Positions 1-12,167 of a DNA stretch of 43,463 bases are shown piece by piece. The DNA comes from Octopus bimaculoides (lineage: Eukaryota). Where the stretch lies: positions 67,686,700-67,730,162 of the forward strand of contig NC_068982.1 of the NCBI RefSeq assembly GCF_001194135.2, read 5' to 3'. Position 1 is the first letter of the stretch. Each line of letters opens with the position of its first letter. Under the pieces are notes generated by a model. The model made no database searches. It worked only from the letters and a program-made list of their open reading frames with translations, and was not told the origin of the DNA. A program made the position numbers and the translations under genes.

Positions 1-161
1 TAACATACAGAAAATTGCACTACTGGGCACTGCACACATTCTACGCAAAACACTTTCAATACAGTAAACATAAGAGCACCACAGCAAACCACAGCACATA
101 CCCAAGGCGCACAGAGCTGCGCTCGGTAGTGAAGTGAAAGCACGTTATAAAAATAAAACTA

Positions 162-166
<5 letters not shown>
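1..166 (+). mobile_element. 3' end of an R4/Dong-like REL non-LTR retrotransposon (C-terminus plus 3' UTR)
   Basis: Frame 5-67 reads IQKIALLGTAHILRKTLSIQ*, homologous to the C-termini at ~1390-1450 and ~2935-2990 (LQKTALLGTARILRKVLEK); runs directly into (TAA)n. Confidence 0.8.

Positions 167-240
<74 letters not shown>
167..240. repeat. (TAA)n microsatellite
   Basis: Perfect AAT repeat between two retrotransposon fragments. Confidence 0.98.
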
Positions 241-1521
241 GAATCGGACAGAGAACTAACTATAGAAAGAGAACGAAAATTAAGGAGTACATCAGAAAGG
301 TGAGAAAGTTAATGAAGTCAAAACTAAATGGCCCGAATCTTGTGAAGGCTGTAAATTTCTTGGACAGTATCATTACTTAGATACTCAGCAGCTTGTGTAG
401 ATTGGACAAAGCTAGACAGAAGAACTAGGAAGGAATTCAGTATGAATGGAGGAGTCCACTCATGGGTAGGAGTAGCAAGATTATACTTACCTAGGAAGGA
501 AGGCAGAAGAAGGTTAATATCAGTAGAAGATTGCGTGGAGTTAGCTGGAGTAAATATAGATTCCTATGTAGGTAACAGTGAAGAACATTTATTGAAAGCT
601 GCTACAGTCACAACAAGACATAGGGAAACTAAAAACCCAAACGAAGTTAAAAACCAGGAAAAAGAAAAAGTATTCGACTGACAGGAGATGTTGCATGGTA
701 GATTCCCAAACATGGTTGCAGTAAATAGTAGTAGTAAGACATGGCTATGGTTGCAGAAAGCTGAAAAAGAGAGGCAGAACGTTCGCTAGTAGCTGCACAA
801 GATGTGAGTAGCTGTACAAGATCAAGCATTAAGGACTAATTGGATAAAAGCCAAGATAGACAAAAACCAAGTAGATTTCCAATGTAGGTTATGCAAATCA
901 AAGGAGGAAAGCGTTACTCATATAGTAAGTGAATGTAGCATGCTGGCACAGAAAGAATACAAGAAAAGACATGACAATCTAGGGAGAGTAATCCACTGGG
1001 AGTTATGTAGAAAGTTAGGATTTGAACATACTGATAAATGGTATGAATATGAACCTAGCAAAGTACTAGAAAGTAAGAAATACAACATGTTGTGGGACTT
1101 TAACATTCAGACTGACAGAGTAAGAGAAGGTAGAAGGGCTGATTTAGTAGTGGTAGATAAAGAGAATAAACAGTACAAGATAATTAACTTTACAGTCCCA
1201 AATGATGAGAAAATCAATATGATAGGTGTAGAAAAAATAGCAACGTACCAGGACCTAGCCATTGAATTACAGAGTCTATGGAAAGTGCGGGCAAAAATGT
1301 ATCCCAGTAGTTATAGGTGCATTGAGAACTATTCCTAGAAGATCAGAACTAATAGAAAAAGGAAATAGGCATAAAACCCAGTTTAGTACAGCTCCAGAAA
1401 ACAGTGATATTAGGGATAGATAGGATACTTAGAAGGATTCTTGGCATCTAAGGTTACTTGTTGTAACCTGATGTTAGGATTTTTTCTTTTCCAACAGTTT
1501 CATCTGTTGTGTGTATATGAA
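241..1521 (+). mobile_element. 5'-truncated, degenerate R4/Dong-like non-LTR retrotransposon (RT thumb, CCHC, REL endonuclease)
   Basis: Broken frames give RLYLPRKEGRRRLISVEDC, CRLCKSKEESVTHIVSEC (CCHC), RHDNLGRVIHWELC and LWDFNIQTD..RRADLVVVDK (PD-(D/E)xK REL); stops and frameshifts; ends in (TAA)n. Confidence 0.88.

Positions 1522-1578
<57 letters not shown>
1522..1578. repeat. (TAA)n microsatellite
   Basis: Perfect AAT repeat at the 3' end of the retrotransposon. Confidence 0.97.
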
Positions 1579-1579
<1 letters not shown>

Positions 1580-1926
1580 TCTTGGTATAAAAGATAGGCT
1601 ACAACAAATATTTTGCTCAATACCACTGATTGGAAGTGTTATGTACATCGTTTTCTCTTGGTATAAAAATGTGCTACAGTAAATATTCTGCGCAATACCA
1701 CAGATTTGCTTGTCAGTTGTTTGACCATAACCAGTTGAACAGATCTCTTAATGGCTGACAATATTACAACGACCCCAGTGCATAATTGGTAGTTATCTAA
1801 TCGACCCCAAAATGAAGAAAGGCAAAGTCGACGTCGGCGGAATTTGAATTGAGAACGTTAGGACGAATAAAATGTTGCTAAGCATTTTGCCCAGCATGCT
1901 AACAATTTTGCCAGCTCGCCGCCTTA
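1579..1926 (-). mobile_element. tRNA-derived SINE (family A) with long 3' tail containing an internal duplication
   Basis: Reverse strand starts GGCGGCGAGCTGGCAAAATTGTTAGCATGCTGGGCAAAATGCTTAGC and contains GTCGACTTTGCCTTTC..GGGGTCGAT, shared with copies at ~21783, ~23561 and ~25500-26150; 1580-1626 is duplicated at ~1658-1700. Confidence 0.8.
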
Positions 1927-1946
1927 CAATAATAATAATAATAATG

Positions 1947-2014
<68 letters not shown>

Positions 2015-2085
2015 CCGAAGAAGAAGAAGAAGAAGAAGAAAGAACAAGGAAGAAGAAGAACAACAATAATACTAATAATGATAAT
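1927..2085. repeat. Compound (TAA)n/(GAA)n microsatellite
   Basis: AAT run followed by GAA/CAA run. Confidence 0.95.
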
Positions 2086-2089
2086 CCTT

Positions 2090-2208
2090 TCTACTGGAAG
2101 CACAAGGCCTCAAATTTTTGGGAAGGGGACGAATCAGTTACATCGACCCCAGTGCGTAACTGGTGCTTATTTAATCGACCCCGAAAGAATGAAAGGCAAA
2201 GTCAATTA
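2090..2208 (-). mobile_element. SINE family A fragment (3' half)
   Basis: CACAAGGCCTCAAATTT..ATCGACCCCAGTGCGTAACTGGTGCTTATTTAATCGACCCCGAAAGAATGAAAGGCAAAGTC matches the other family A copies. Confidence 0.8.
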
Positions 2209-2209
2209 G

Positions 2210-3072
2210 GCCAACATGTAAAATGAGACTATTGATCATGTCTCCATGTCCAGTTTTCTTGCGCCTATAGAGTATCTCAACATGCATGATAGAGCTGCAG
2301 AATATTCACTGGGTAATTTGCCCCATAATAAAAATTGATGGGAACATAAACCACCCCCAGTGCTTGAAAATGATCACATCTCACTCCTTTGGAACTTCGC
2401 CATTCAAGCTGACAGAAAGATAGATGCAAATAGGCCAGATATCATATTGAAAGACTTCAGACAAAAATCACTCAGAGAGCGCAAACTTCCGCCAAGGCAA
2501 CACCAACTCAACGACAATATAGCCAGGCTTATCCATTGGACACTTTACAACAAGCATGGACTTGACAGAGCAAAAAATTGGTGCGACCACAAACCTGAAG
2601 GCATCGTCGAAAATAGAAATGCAAAGATCCTATGGGATTTTATGATTCAGTGCGACCATGAGATAGAGAATAGGAAGCCGGACATAGTCTTAAGTGAGAA
2701 AGAAAACAAACTATGCTGGATCATAGATATAACATGCCCAGCTGACAACAAGGTATGCGATAAGGAAGAAAGAAAAGTCGAGAGACATGACAGGTTAATT
2801 TGAGAAGTTAAGCAGTTGTGGTCGATGAAAAAGGTAGTAGTAGTACCAATAATTATCGGAGCCCTGGGAACAGTGAGCAAAAATCTCGAGAAGTACGTGG
2901 AATAAATAGGGGCTACAATAAGGGTGGAGCACTTGCAGAAAACAGCACTGCTTGGAACCGCTCGAATACTCCGGAAGGTGCTCGAAAAATAAGAAGTGTT
3001 ACCTTAGTTCACTGGTAGTGAACAGCTGACACTGTAGTACATCTCCAGCGTTAGAAGCTGTGCAAAGGCAGT
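2210..3072 (+). mobile_element. Two fused R4/Dong-like REL endonuclease fragments plus 3' UTR
   Basis: ORF 2360-2803 carries two REL cores (LLWNFAIQADRKIDANRPDIIL and ILWDFMIQCDHEIENRKPDIVL); continues as VVPIIIGALGTV and LQKTALLGTARILRKVLEK; ends in a TAA/TGA repeat tail. Confidence 0.85.
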
Positions 3073-3097
3073 AATAATAATGATGATGATGATAATT

Positions 3098-5804
3098 CCT
3101 TTTATTTTCCACCAGGGTAAAGGATGAGGGGACAAGGCAAAGACTGACATAAAGTGTTGTGGTTTACATATAATGAAATGATTTTAAAAAAGTATACACG
3201 GTATACATTAAAAGAAAGGAAGTATATGACAGTAAGAGAATAAAAAAAAGGCGATAGTGATGAGGTCCTCCTGATAAAGGAGGACCTCTGGGTATAATCG
3301 AAGGACCCCACCATCCAAGATCTCTCTGAATACCAAATTCAAGCACCCTCTCTAACTCTTTTTTCTCCGACTTACAGGCCTACACTTAGAGCGTTACCAC
3401 CCACTCCTGCCATTTTCGCAACTTTCACCAGCCTTTTTTTCATAAATTCATTTGGGGACAGCACCTTCCTCTCCACCCTCACTTTCCTATTCAAGTTAAA
3501 CTTGAAAATATTGATGAAGGCTTTACCAAAAAGGGATGTTTCTGTCCTCATTTCTTTCAGCCTCTTTCGCCACAGCCACCAGGCAAAGGAAAACAACCAG
3601 GCCTACCCAAATAAATGAGGGCGGCGTGGCAATCATCACCATGGACTCAGCCGACAGGCGGATCCGTCCCACAGGCGACAGCAGCTGTTCGACATTACTC
3701 CACAAGTCAGCATTGCCCGGACACTGAACGAGTGCATGCAGAACGGCTTCGTCTCTCAGCGCACACCTCGGACAAGCCCATCTGATTGTACATCCGTACC
3801 TGTAGAGTTTATCTCGAACCAGTAGCGCTCCCCGGTAGCGCCCCCCTGTAGCACTGCCAGGCCAAAGACACCTGGAAGTTATCCATAGTTACCCTCGACC
3901 GGAAAGTCCTCTGGAACAGACTAGCCAGTACGTTTTTGTCGACGCCCAGTATCTCCCCAAGAATGTCGTCCCACTTCCCCGCTGCTAATCCTCTATATAT
4001 AACTAAAGTGGAACATCCTATTGCTCAACTGGTAGAGGACTGTGAGCACCTTATGATATTCTAGGTGACAGCGCCCAGTCTCGGTCTCTCCTTCACCCAG
4101 GACTGCAGCTCCGTTAAAGAGACGAGCTGCGGAAAGACGTGTCTCACAAATAAGGCCCACATATATTCACCGTCTAGAAATCGCTGTAGGTGGCGTAACC
4201 TGAATGTGTTCTTGTGCATCAAATGCCATGACATGCATAAGCCGCCATGCAGAGAGAGCTGGCAGCAGATTGACCATCTGGCCATTAGAACGCGTCCCTT
4301 CTAAAGAAAATAAACAGTAACTGGGCAAGGCACGACGGCCGGGCGATAAATGATGACGGAGGTGAAGTAGGCATTCGCCTCTTCTGCCCGACCTTTCAGG
4401 GATAGCTTTCTCTCTGCTCATATCTGAGTAAGGCTGGCTACCCTGTTCGTCACCTCGTACCAATTCTTATCCACATGGAGGTCGGGACCGAACCAGACCC
4501 CAAGCAATTTAACTGCTCCGTCAGTCTAACCTCCGACTTCATCTTACTGACTTGTCAGCGTTGGTCTTGGCCCCTGCAACCGACTCAAATTCCTTTACAA
4601 TAGAACCGATCGTCTTTACTTCGGAGGCGTCCGACACCATGACGGTGACGTCGTCCGTATACACAGACAATTTCGAAACGGATGCCAATTTCGAAACTGG
4701 TGCCCTGTAACTGTTCCAACTCCTGAAACAGTGGCTCAAGAGCCAGCACATAAAATAGAGGTAACAACGGGCAGCCCTAACGGACAGAACATGCAATGCG
4801 AAACGGTTCCGATAGGTGGCTGTTTACTTTGATCACCGAGCAGGTGCCGCTGTGCATTGCAGTAATCCAGCTTTTGAAAACATGTCCGAAACCAGCCGCT
4901 ATACAGACGGCTTCCAAGTAGCGATGGTCGACCCTATCGAATGCTTTCGACTGATCTAAATTGGTTAGGGCCTCACTGAAGCCAGCTTTTAGTCCCAGCC
5001 CTCTCTACAATATATCGCATAAAGAAGAGGTTGTGCCTCCCCGACCAGACTATCGACAACAAGCACCAACCTTTTCGCCAACCTTTGACCAGAATCTTAA
5101 AATCTATGCTTAGCAGAATTATGGGCCGAAAATTCCCTAGCACGTCTCCATTATCAGTGTCCTTTCTCAGAAGCGTTACCACACCCCAGCTAATAGCACT
5201 AGGAATTCTCCTGTTCTGCTGCTAGTTACTGTAGATCTGTCAAGAGGCTGCCAAACAAATCTGGCATGAGGACATAGAATTCTTAGGGCAGACCATCCAA
5301 ATCGGGCAATTTGCGACTTGTGCAATAGCTCATCGACTCCTGTAATTCATTGTGATCGGCTTTTCGCAGAATCTCGCGTACGCTAGCGAGAACCGCGGTA
5401 GGCCGTTCAGGTACGAAGTAAAGTACTCTACCGTCGTCGACCCATCACCCCCTCCGAAACAGCCGCACAAAGTGTTGCTGGAAAGCGGCACGCATCTGCT
5501 TCGAACTGTATAGCACTCGCCCGTCCTGCGACGTCTCGTCTCTACTGTTCGGGCCCATCGGACGGCTTTAGTTCTTTCGTGTTTTAACGCACGGGCCTTG
5601 GCTCTGACAACATATCCTTCCTGTTTCGCCTCAAAGAAATTATCATAAGCCATTCTCGCCGCTAACACGTCGGTCACGATGCCTTCACTAATCATCTCTT
5701 CTAGTTTTCTAACTAGTTCACCCTCTAATCAATTTCTTTCTATTGCTAAATCTTTATTAAACGCTAACGATTCTACTCTAATCGCCCTCTTCAAGGCGAC
5801 CCGC
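3098..5804 (-). mobile_element. Degenerate Tx1/L1-clade LINE ORF2 (RT and C-terminal CCHC, endonuclease missing) with 3' UTR
   Basis: Minus strand gives VTLLRKD..NFRPIILLSIDFKIL, NLDQSKAFDRVDHRYLEAV, SVR*GCP, YTDDVTV and CPRCALRDEAVLHALVQC; AATAAA near 3105; GC-richer than its flanks; 5' side abuts a SINE. Confidence 0.85.
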
Positions 5805-6090
5805 TACTGGTTGTTATGACGACGATGGCTCCAGTTAGACCAATCAACGGAACAGCCTGCTCGTGAAATGAACGTGCAGGTGGCTGACCTCTCCACTGAC
5901 ACGCGTGCACTTAACGTATTTCTCATGGAGATTCAGTATGACACAGAATGTGACAAGGCTGGCCTTTTGAATTACAGGACATTTTTGTCAGTTGAGTGAA
6001 CTGGATTAACGTGAAATGAATTGTCTTGCTCAACGACACAACGCACCACAGAAATCGAACTCACGATCGTGCTTCGAAAAGCCGCCCCCG
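5805..6090 (-). mobile_element. tRNA-derived SINE (family C)
   Basis: Minus strand has GTGAGTTCGATTTC (B-box-like) followed by GCGTTGTGTCGTTGAGCAAGACAATTCATTTCACG core; the tail matches 22551-22599. Confidence 0.75.
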
Positions 6091-6102
6091 AGATATATAT
6101 GC

Positions 6103-6239
6103 ATGTATGTATATGTATACATATACATATACACACACGTGTATTGTAGATAGCAAGTTAAATGCACATATGAAAACTGAAAAAATACAGGTGTAATACA
6201 AAAATATCAAAAACAAATAGATACATACAACAAAGACAG

Positions 6240-6303
<64 letters not shown>

Positions 6304-6370
6304 TATGAAAGAGAGAGAGAGAGAGAGAGAGTCTGTGTGCGAACGTATGTGTGTGTGTGTGTGTGTGTTT
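6103..6370. repeat. (TA)/(CA)n/(GA)n/(TG)n compound microsatellites
   Basis: Direct inspection; (AC)n at 6241-6296. Confidence 0.9.
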
Positions 6371-6899
6371 GAATATATGTTGGATATAATTTATGAGATT
6401 AAATTTTGTTGTTCAAGTTTCTATTTTCATTCTGCTACGTGTAAATATCAAAGACTATATAATGTCAATGAAGAATATGTACGTCAAAAGATATGTGGTC
6501 TCAGAAACATAGAAATGATTTTCTTATGTATATAAATCATACTTTATTCAAAATTCTTTTACATGTATACTGTTAAAAATTTAATCATATTCTGAACATT
6601 GGAAATTTCTTAAGCTTCTTTCTCGACTATTTCACTTATTAACATTGCAATAAATAATGCAATTGGAATCATTTTACATCTGTACAATGCCTTATCTGTG
6701 AATTTCACACATTTGAACTGTAGTGTGTGGTTTTATAAGTGTGTGTTTGTGTATTCTGAGAGTGTTTTAATGTTTTCGTTATACAATGTAATTCCATTAT
6801 TATAATTCTATTTCCCATTATTCAGTTGGTGTGGAGAAATCATGCTGTATAGAGTTCTTATAGTCTTACAGAAATATTCATAGAAAACAAACAAAGTAT

Positions 6900-6999
6900 T
6901 TATGTATTTAAAGCATCATACTATACATACATAATACATACATACATACATACAGACATACATACACACATACATACATACATGCATATATACATACAG

Positions 7000-7037
<38 letters not shown>

Positions 7038-7189
7038 GTGTGTGTAAAGGTATATATAATACACACACTCACACAGACACATTTACATAAGTATACTTTC
7101 AGACACATACACGCAAACCTAAACTCGCATACATATGTAGATATTTATGTGAATGTAAACATGTATTCATGCACTTATGCATGTATGCA

Positions 7190-7252
<63 letters not shown>

Positions 7253-7721
7253 NNNNNNNNNNNNNNNNNNNNNNNNNNNNNNNNNNNNNNNNNNNNNNNN
7301 NNNNNNNNNNNNNNNNNNNNNNNNNNNNNNNNNNNNNNNNNNNNNNNNNNNNNNNNNNNNNNNNNNNNNNNNNNNNNNNNNNNNNNNNNNNNNNNNNNNN
7401 NNNNNNNNNNNNNNNNNNNNNNNNNNNNNNNNNNNNNNNNNNNNNNNNNNNNNNNNNNNNNNNNNNNNNNNNNNNNNNNNNNNNNNNNNNNNNNNNNNNN
7501 NNNNNNNNNNNNNNNNNNNNNNNNNNNNNNNNNNNNNNNNNNNNNNNNNNNNNNNNNNNNNNNNNNNNNNNNNNNNNNNNNNNNNNNNNNNNNNNNNNNN
7601 NNNNNNNNNNNNNNNNNNNNNNNNNNNNNNNNNNNNNNNNNNNNNNNNNNNNNNNNNNNNNNNNNNNNNNNNNNNNNNNNNNNNNNNNNNNNNNNNNNNN
7701 NNNNNNNNNNNNNNNNNNNNN

Positions 7722-7753
<32 letters not shown>

Positions 7754-7800
7754 TATACATATATGCACACACATGTGTCTGTTTATGCATGTATGTATGA
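6900..7800. repeat. (CATA)/(TG)/(TA)n microsatellites flanking an N gap
   Basis: Simple repeats; N gap at ~7253-7721. Confidence 0.9.
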
Positions 7801-8106
7801 TAAGGAGTTAATAAAGATATTGCAGGCAATAGTGGCCTGTATGAAAGTATTTTCCTGTTTGGTGTTGCAAATTAACCCTGGATTTCAGTTCAAATTGCAT
7901 TAAACTGAACTGCACATGCATTCTCCCTGGAATTCTATGGTAGTACCCTGAGACAATGATACTTTATTCTTTATTTTGTACCCGGAAGAAAATTATATTT
8001 ACTGTAAAGACATCTCACCAAATGCACCTCACATATGAACTCATGAATGCTATGCACATATTTAGAACGTATTTTCTGACTGTAAGACTTAATAGACAAT
8101 AATGTT

Positions 8107-8165
<59 letters not shown>

Positions 8166-9241
8166 ACGCACGTGCATGAATGTGTGCATATGTGTGGAGT
8201 TGCATGAGTGTGTGTGTGTGTGAGTGTATTTATAAATGTGCATCGATATTTATGTATTTGTATGTATATATACATACAGACTTCTGTATTTTGAGTATAT
8301 GGTGTATAATGCGTTTCAGCTTTTACGTCAAGTTTAATTTTTTCCTTTACCACTAAAATTTACCTTCGACAAAATAACGTATTTATTGTATAGCGGGAGC
8401 TTAAGTTATTGTCAGAACAGCCAGTGAAGCACCGGTGAAAGTAGTAAATGCATAAGAGGAAGGCTGATAATATCGAAGGGAAAATAACTGCATGAAGGTG
8501 AAATAGTAGTGAGAGATACAAACTGCGCGGGAAAAACAGACGACAACAACTTTTAACGGAAAAGGAAAAGTGAATAATTAGAAAATAACAACGAAATAAT
8601 GTCAGTAAGGAGAAAGAAAGAAGAAAAAACAGATTTAAAATTTATGAGAGGAAGAACATAATTATTTAAAAGAAATTTGTTTTGTGAATATGAAAGTGAA
8701 AGTAAAGTTGTAGATGGTGGTGGGTTGCAGGATGTAAATGGAACAGTTTAGTGAGAAAGATAAAGCAAATGAAAAGGCAGGCAGCTGTTGAGTGTTTTAT
8801 CTCACAGCCAACCAAATTTAGTCGATCGAATCACAGCATCATCAGCATCACTATCACTGCTGCAAACAACATATGCGTATGTCGTCTCTCTGTTGCTAGT
8901 GGCTATCTGCTGTGCTGTTATCGATACAAAAGCAAAACTGTTGTGTCTCTCGTACGGCATATTTTTTGTAGTTGACCATTCAGAACAACAGATGTAGCTG
9001 GTTGAATGAAGGTTTCTCTTTTTTGCGATATGCTTATTTACCATAACAGTTGTGTTATAAACACTCATGATTACGATTATATATAAAAAAAAGTGCTCCA
9101 AAATTTGTGCAAATTACGTGTCTATAGCCTAATATAAATATAAGAATATTTGTATCGATATTTATAACAGCACATATTAATTGTTATTATAATATTATTA
9201 TTATTTCTCACATAGCCACTTTTGAAAGAATTAATATAAAA

Positions 9242-9799
9242 ATGTTATCCAGCACATGGGTAACCGTTACGTTCATCGCTGTATCTCTCAGTGTACAGGT
9301 AGTACCCTTGGAAGTATCCGCTGTATCACCCCCCAGTAAAATTAATACTGGCACCTGTACGTATAATTTTGAAGTTTGGAAACCCGATGAAAATATCATA
9401 GAAAGAATTGACAAACTGGAAGGTGGGACGGGTTTAATGAATGCAACTCTGACCAGAGACCTTCTTAGTTTACGTCTGCAGGTTTTGGCAAAAGTAGATG
9501 AACTGGATAATGCTACAGCGTTGCTTCAAACCAAAGTGAAAAGTCTGGATACTCACCATCGAACAAGACATCCTCAGGCAATGAAATATGCCCCCAAAAA
9601 ATCAGAGATCGATAGTATTTGGAATAGTGTTGGCGCAGTGACCAATAGGCTGGAAAGGATTACGAGTCAAATGAAGAAAATAAAGAATGAAGATGGGATA
9701 GACAACCTTCGTTCAGTTGTCGGTGATCTGAAAGCAGAATGGATAGTGATGAAACGTGAGTTACAAAACATAAGGGCCGATGGAGACCAATCGCGGAAG
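9242..9799 (+). CDS. First coding exon (186 aa) of a secreted coiled-coil protein, angiopoietin-related/fibrinogen-domain or olfactomedin/myocilin-like N-terminus
   Basis: AAAATG start; hydrophobic leader MLSSTWVTVTFIAVSLSVQV; TCTYNFEVWKP resembles the C-x-Y-x-F-x-V/L-P motif of angiopoietins and myocilin; heptad-rich helices; two N-A-T sequons; strong phase-0 donor AAG|GTAAGA at 9799/9800; non-repetitive sequence. Confidence 0.8.
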
Positions 9800-9879
9800 G
9801 TAAGACTGTTATATGAATATTTCCACGTGAGCTCCTAAGACGTACTACTCTAAAATATACATTAATATAAACATATCTC

Positions 9880-10040
9880 AATACAAACACACACACAAAC
9901 ACACAAACGCACACACACATTTATATATATACATATATGCATATATGTATGTATATGTACATATGTGTATGTGCGCATACAATATATATATATATATATA
10001 TGTGTGTACGTATATATGTGTGTGCGTGTGCACATAGATA

Positions 10041-10102
<62 letters not shown>

Positions 10103-10559
10103 ACTCTGTCTGCCTCTATCTCACTCACTCTCTCTCTCACTCACTCTCTCTCTCTCCCTACACACATACATAGACCTCAACGCACTTGAAATAAATTGAA
10201 ATGTAAAGATATAAACATACATAGCTACATAAATATATTTACATACTGTGAATGCAGTTCGGAGATAACGTAGACAGCTGAACGTAAATAAACACACATG
10301 CCTTTTATTGAATTCATATTGATTGAAAATATAGTGTGTATCAATGCCTATTGAAAGTTATCTGATTTTCTACACATTATATGAGCATTTTTGATCTTCC
10401 CTTCCAAATAGGTAATTTTGTATGTATATGTATGTGTGTGTGTGTATGTGTATGTATGCTTTGTATATTCATGAGTACGTAGGTATGTACGAATGCTTGC
10501 TGTATATGTGTATGTATGCATATTATGTGTGTGTACGAATGCATGCTTGTACATGTGTA

Positions 10560-10609
<50 letters not shown>

Positions 10610-10728
10610 AGAAGAAGGATGAGGGGAGAGTATAAATAGGCAAATCTTTATTGATAGATAGATATGTAATTAAACATGCGTGTGTGTAAATATGTATATT
10701 GCATACTTATATGTGAATATATACATAT

Positions 10729-10771
<43 letters not shown>

Positions 10772-11200
10772 CAGATAGGGAAATAATTTTATTCTCAAAC
10801 GCAGGATAATGCAAATAATACAGTATGAACAGGTTAAACTATCCACATTTTGATATATACATATATGTATACCCATGTACAACTAAACACACACGCATAT
10901 GTATATATACCGACGCACAAACACGCGCGCGCGCGCATATATATATAGTTTAGACATCGCTACATCAGATAGCACGTATGTGACTGCAGTGCAGCGAGGT
11001 GGTGCATGAAATAAGTAACAGGTGTTTCTTTACATTTCTGTGCTACGTTCAAATCCTTTCATATCAGTGGAAGTTCGATCTTCTCTAGTTATCTTGTGAT
11101 GCTTAATGTTGGATGCTTAAATTTAAGAAGACGAGAAGGTGGTAGAAGAATATATTATATTGCATATTATACCTGCATGCGCGAGTGTTGCTATTGTATA

Positions 11201-11252
<52 letters not shown>

Positions 11253-11320
11253 TACACACACAGACACACAGACACACACACACATACACACACACAGACA
11301 TACACATACACACAAACATG
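9880..11320. repeat. Cluster of (TA)n, (TG)n, (CA)n and (TC)n microsatellites
   Basis: Direct inspection. Confidence 0.9.
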
Positions 11321-11339
11321 CCCTTAAGTTCTATCTTAA

Positions 11340-11775
11340 GTTCTTTAACCCCTCTATTTGTTTCAGTCATTGAACTGCAGCCGTGCTAGGGCACAGCCTT
11401 GAAGGGTTTAGTCGAATAAATCAACCCCAGTACTTATTTTTTAAGCTAGGTACTTATTATGNNNNNNNNNNNNNNNNNNNNNNNNNNNNNNNNNNNNNNN
11501 NNNNNNNNNNNNNNNNNNNNNNNNNNNNNNNNNNNNNNNNNNNNNNNNNNNNNNNNNNNNNNNNNNNNNNNNNNNNNNNNNNNNNNNNNNNNNNNNNNNN
11601 NNNNNNNNNNNNNNNNNNNNNNNNNNNNNNNNNNNNNNNNCGCTCTTCCGATCTTATATATATATATATCAATTCAAACAAACAATTCAAATAAACAAAT
11701 CAAAGTACCGTGCAGTTGGGACTGAACCACAAATCACGGTGGGAGGGAAGCGAGTTTCTTAACCAGACAGCCATC
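11340..11775 (-). mobile_element. tRNA-derived SINE (family B), split by an N gap
   Basis: TGTTTCAGTCATTGAACTGCAGCC..GTCGAATAAATCAACCCCAGTACTTAT matches ~24660 and ~27240; tRNA-like head (GGGACTGAACC on plus) at ~11700-11775. Confidence 0.7.
11641..11654 (+). other. Illumina adapter remnant (assembly artefact)
   Basis: CGCTCTTCCGATCT is the 3' end of the Illumina TruSeq adapter and sits exactly at a contig start after an N gap. Confidence 0.9.
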
Positions 11776-11879
11776 TACATATAACAGTCTGAGGTTTGTC
11801 ACAAGCCTACAGGCTAATTAGGCCAGAGATTATCTTCGTTGCTCTGGCATTTAAGCGAACCAAGATTAATTTGCTACCC

Positions 11880-12030
11880 TCCGAACTGGACAACTACCAA
11901 GCTCAACGATAACCCCACCAATAACTTGGGGTTTGCTGAAAAACACAACACTGCTGTTCTGTCTGGAAACCGAAACTACGACCTGACGCTCGATAGTCCA
12001 ACACCCTAACCCCTAGGTCACGTGTTTGAC
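11880..12030 (-). mobile_element. Degenerate SINE family C head
   Basis: Minus strand ACGTGACCTAGGGGTTAGGGTGTTGGAC..GTAGTTTCGGTTTCC..GTGTTGTGTTTTTCAGCAA resembles the ~20740 copy. Confidence 0.6.
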
Positions 12031-12114
12031 ACACGTACACCCCACACCCACACGCATACATACATACATACATGCACACATACACACATATACAAGCATG
12101 TGTGTTCTTATACC

Positions 12115-12167
<53 letters not shown>

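Noticed and set aside
1793-2069. Poly-Ile/poly-Arg ORFs and the YIYI, CVCV, THTH and MYVC ORFs throughout the window
   Set aside because: Translations of simple repeats.
7002-7829. Long ORFs spanning N gaps (also 15488-16206, 17112-18275, 18781-20051, 21832-22299)
   Set aside because: Artefacts of Ns and microsatellites, which contain no stop codons.
8751-9101. Short ORFs upstream of the main exon, including hydrophobic YVVSLLLVAICCAV
   Set aside because: No suitable Met before the hydrophobic stretch and no clear donor; more likely 5' UTR or promoter sequence.
9123-9145. TATAAA-like element about 100 nt before the ATG
   Set aside because: Expected by chance in this AT-rich sequence; the transcription start is unknown.
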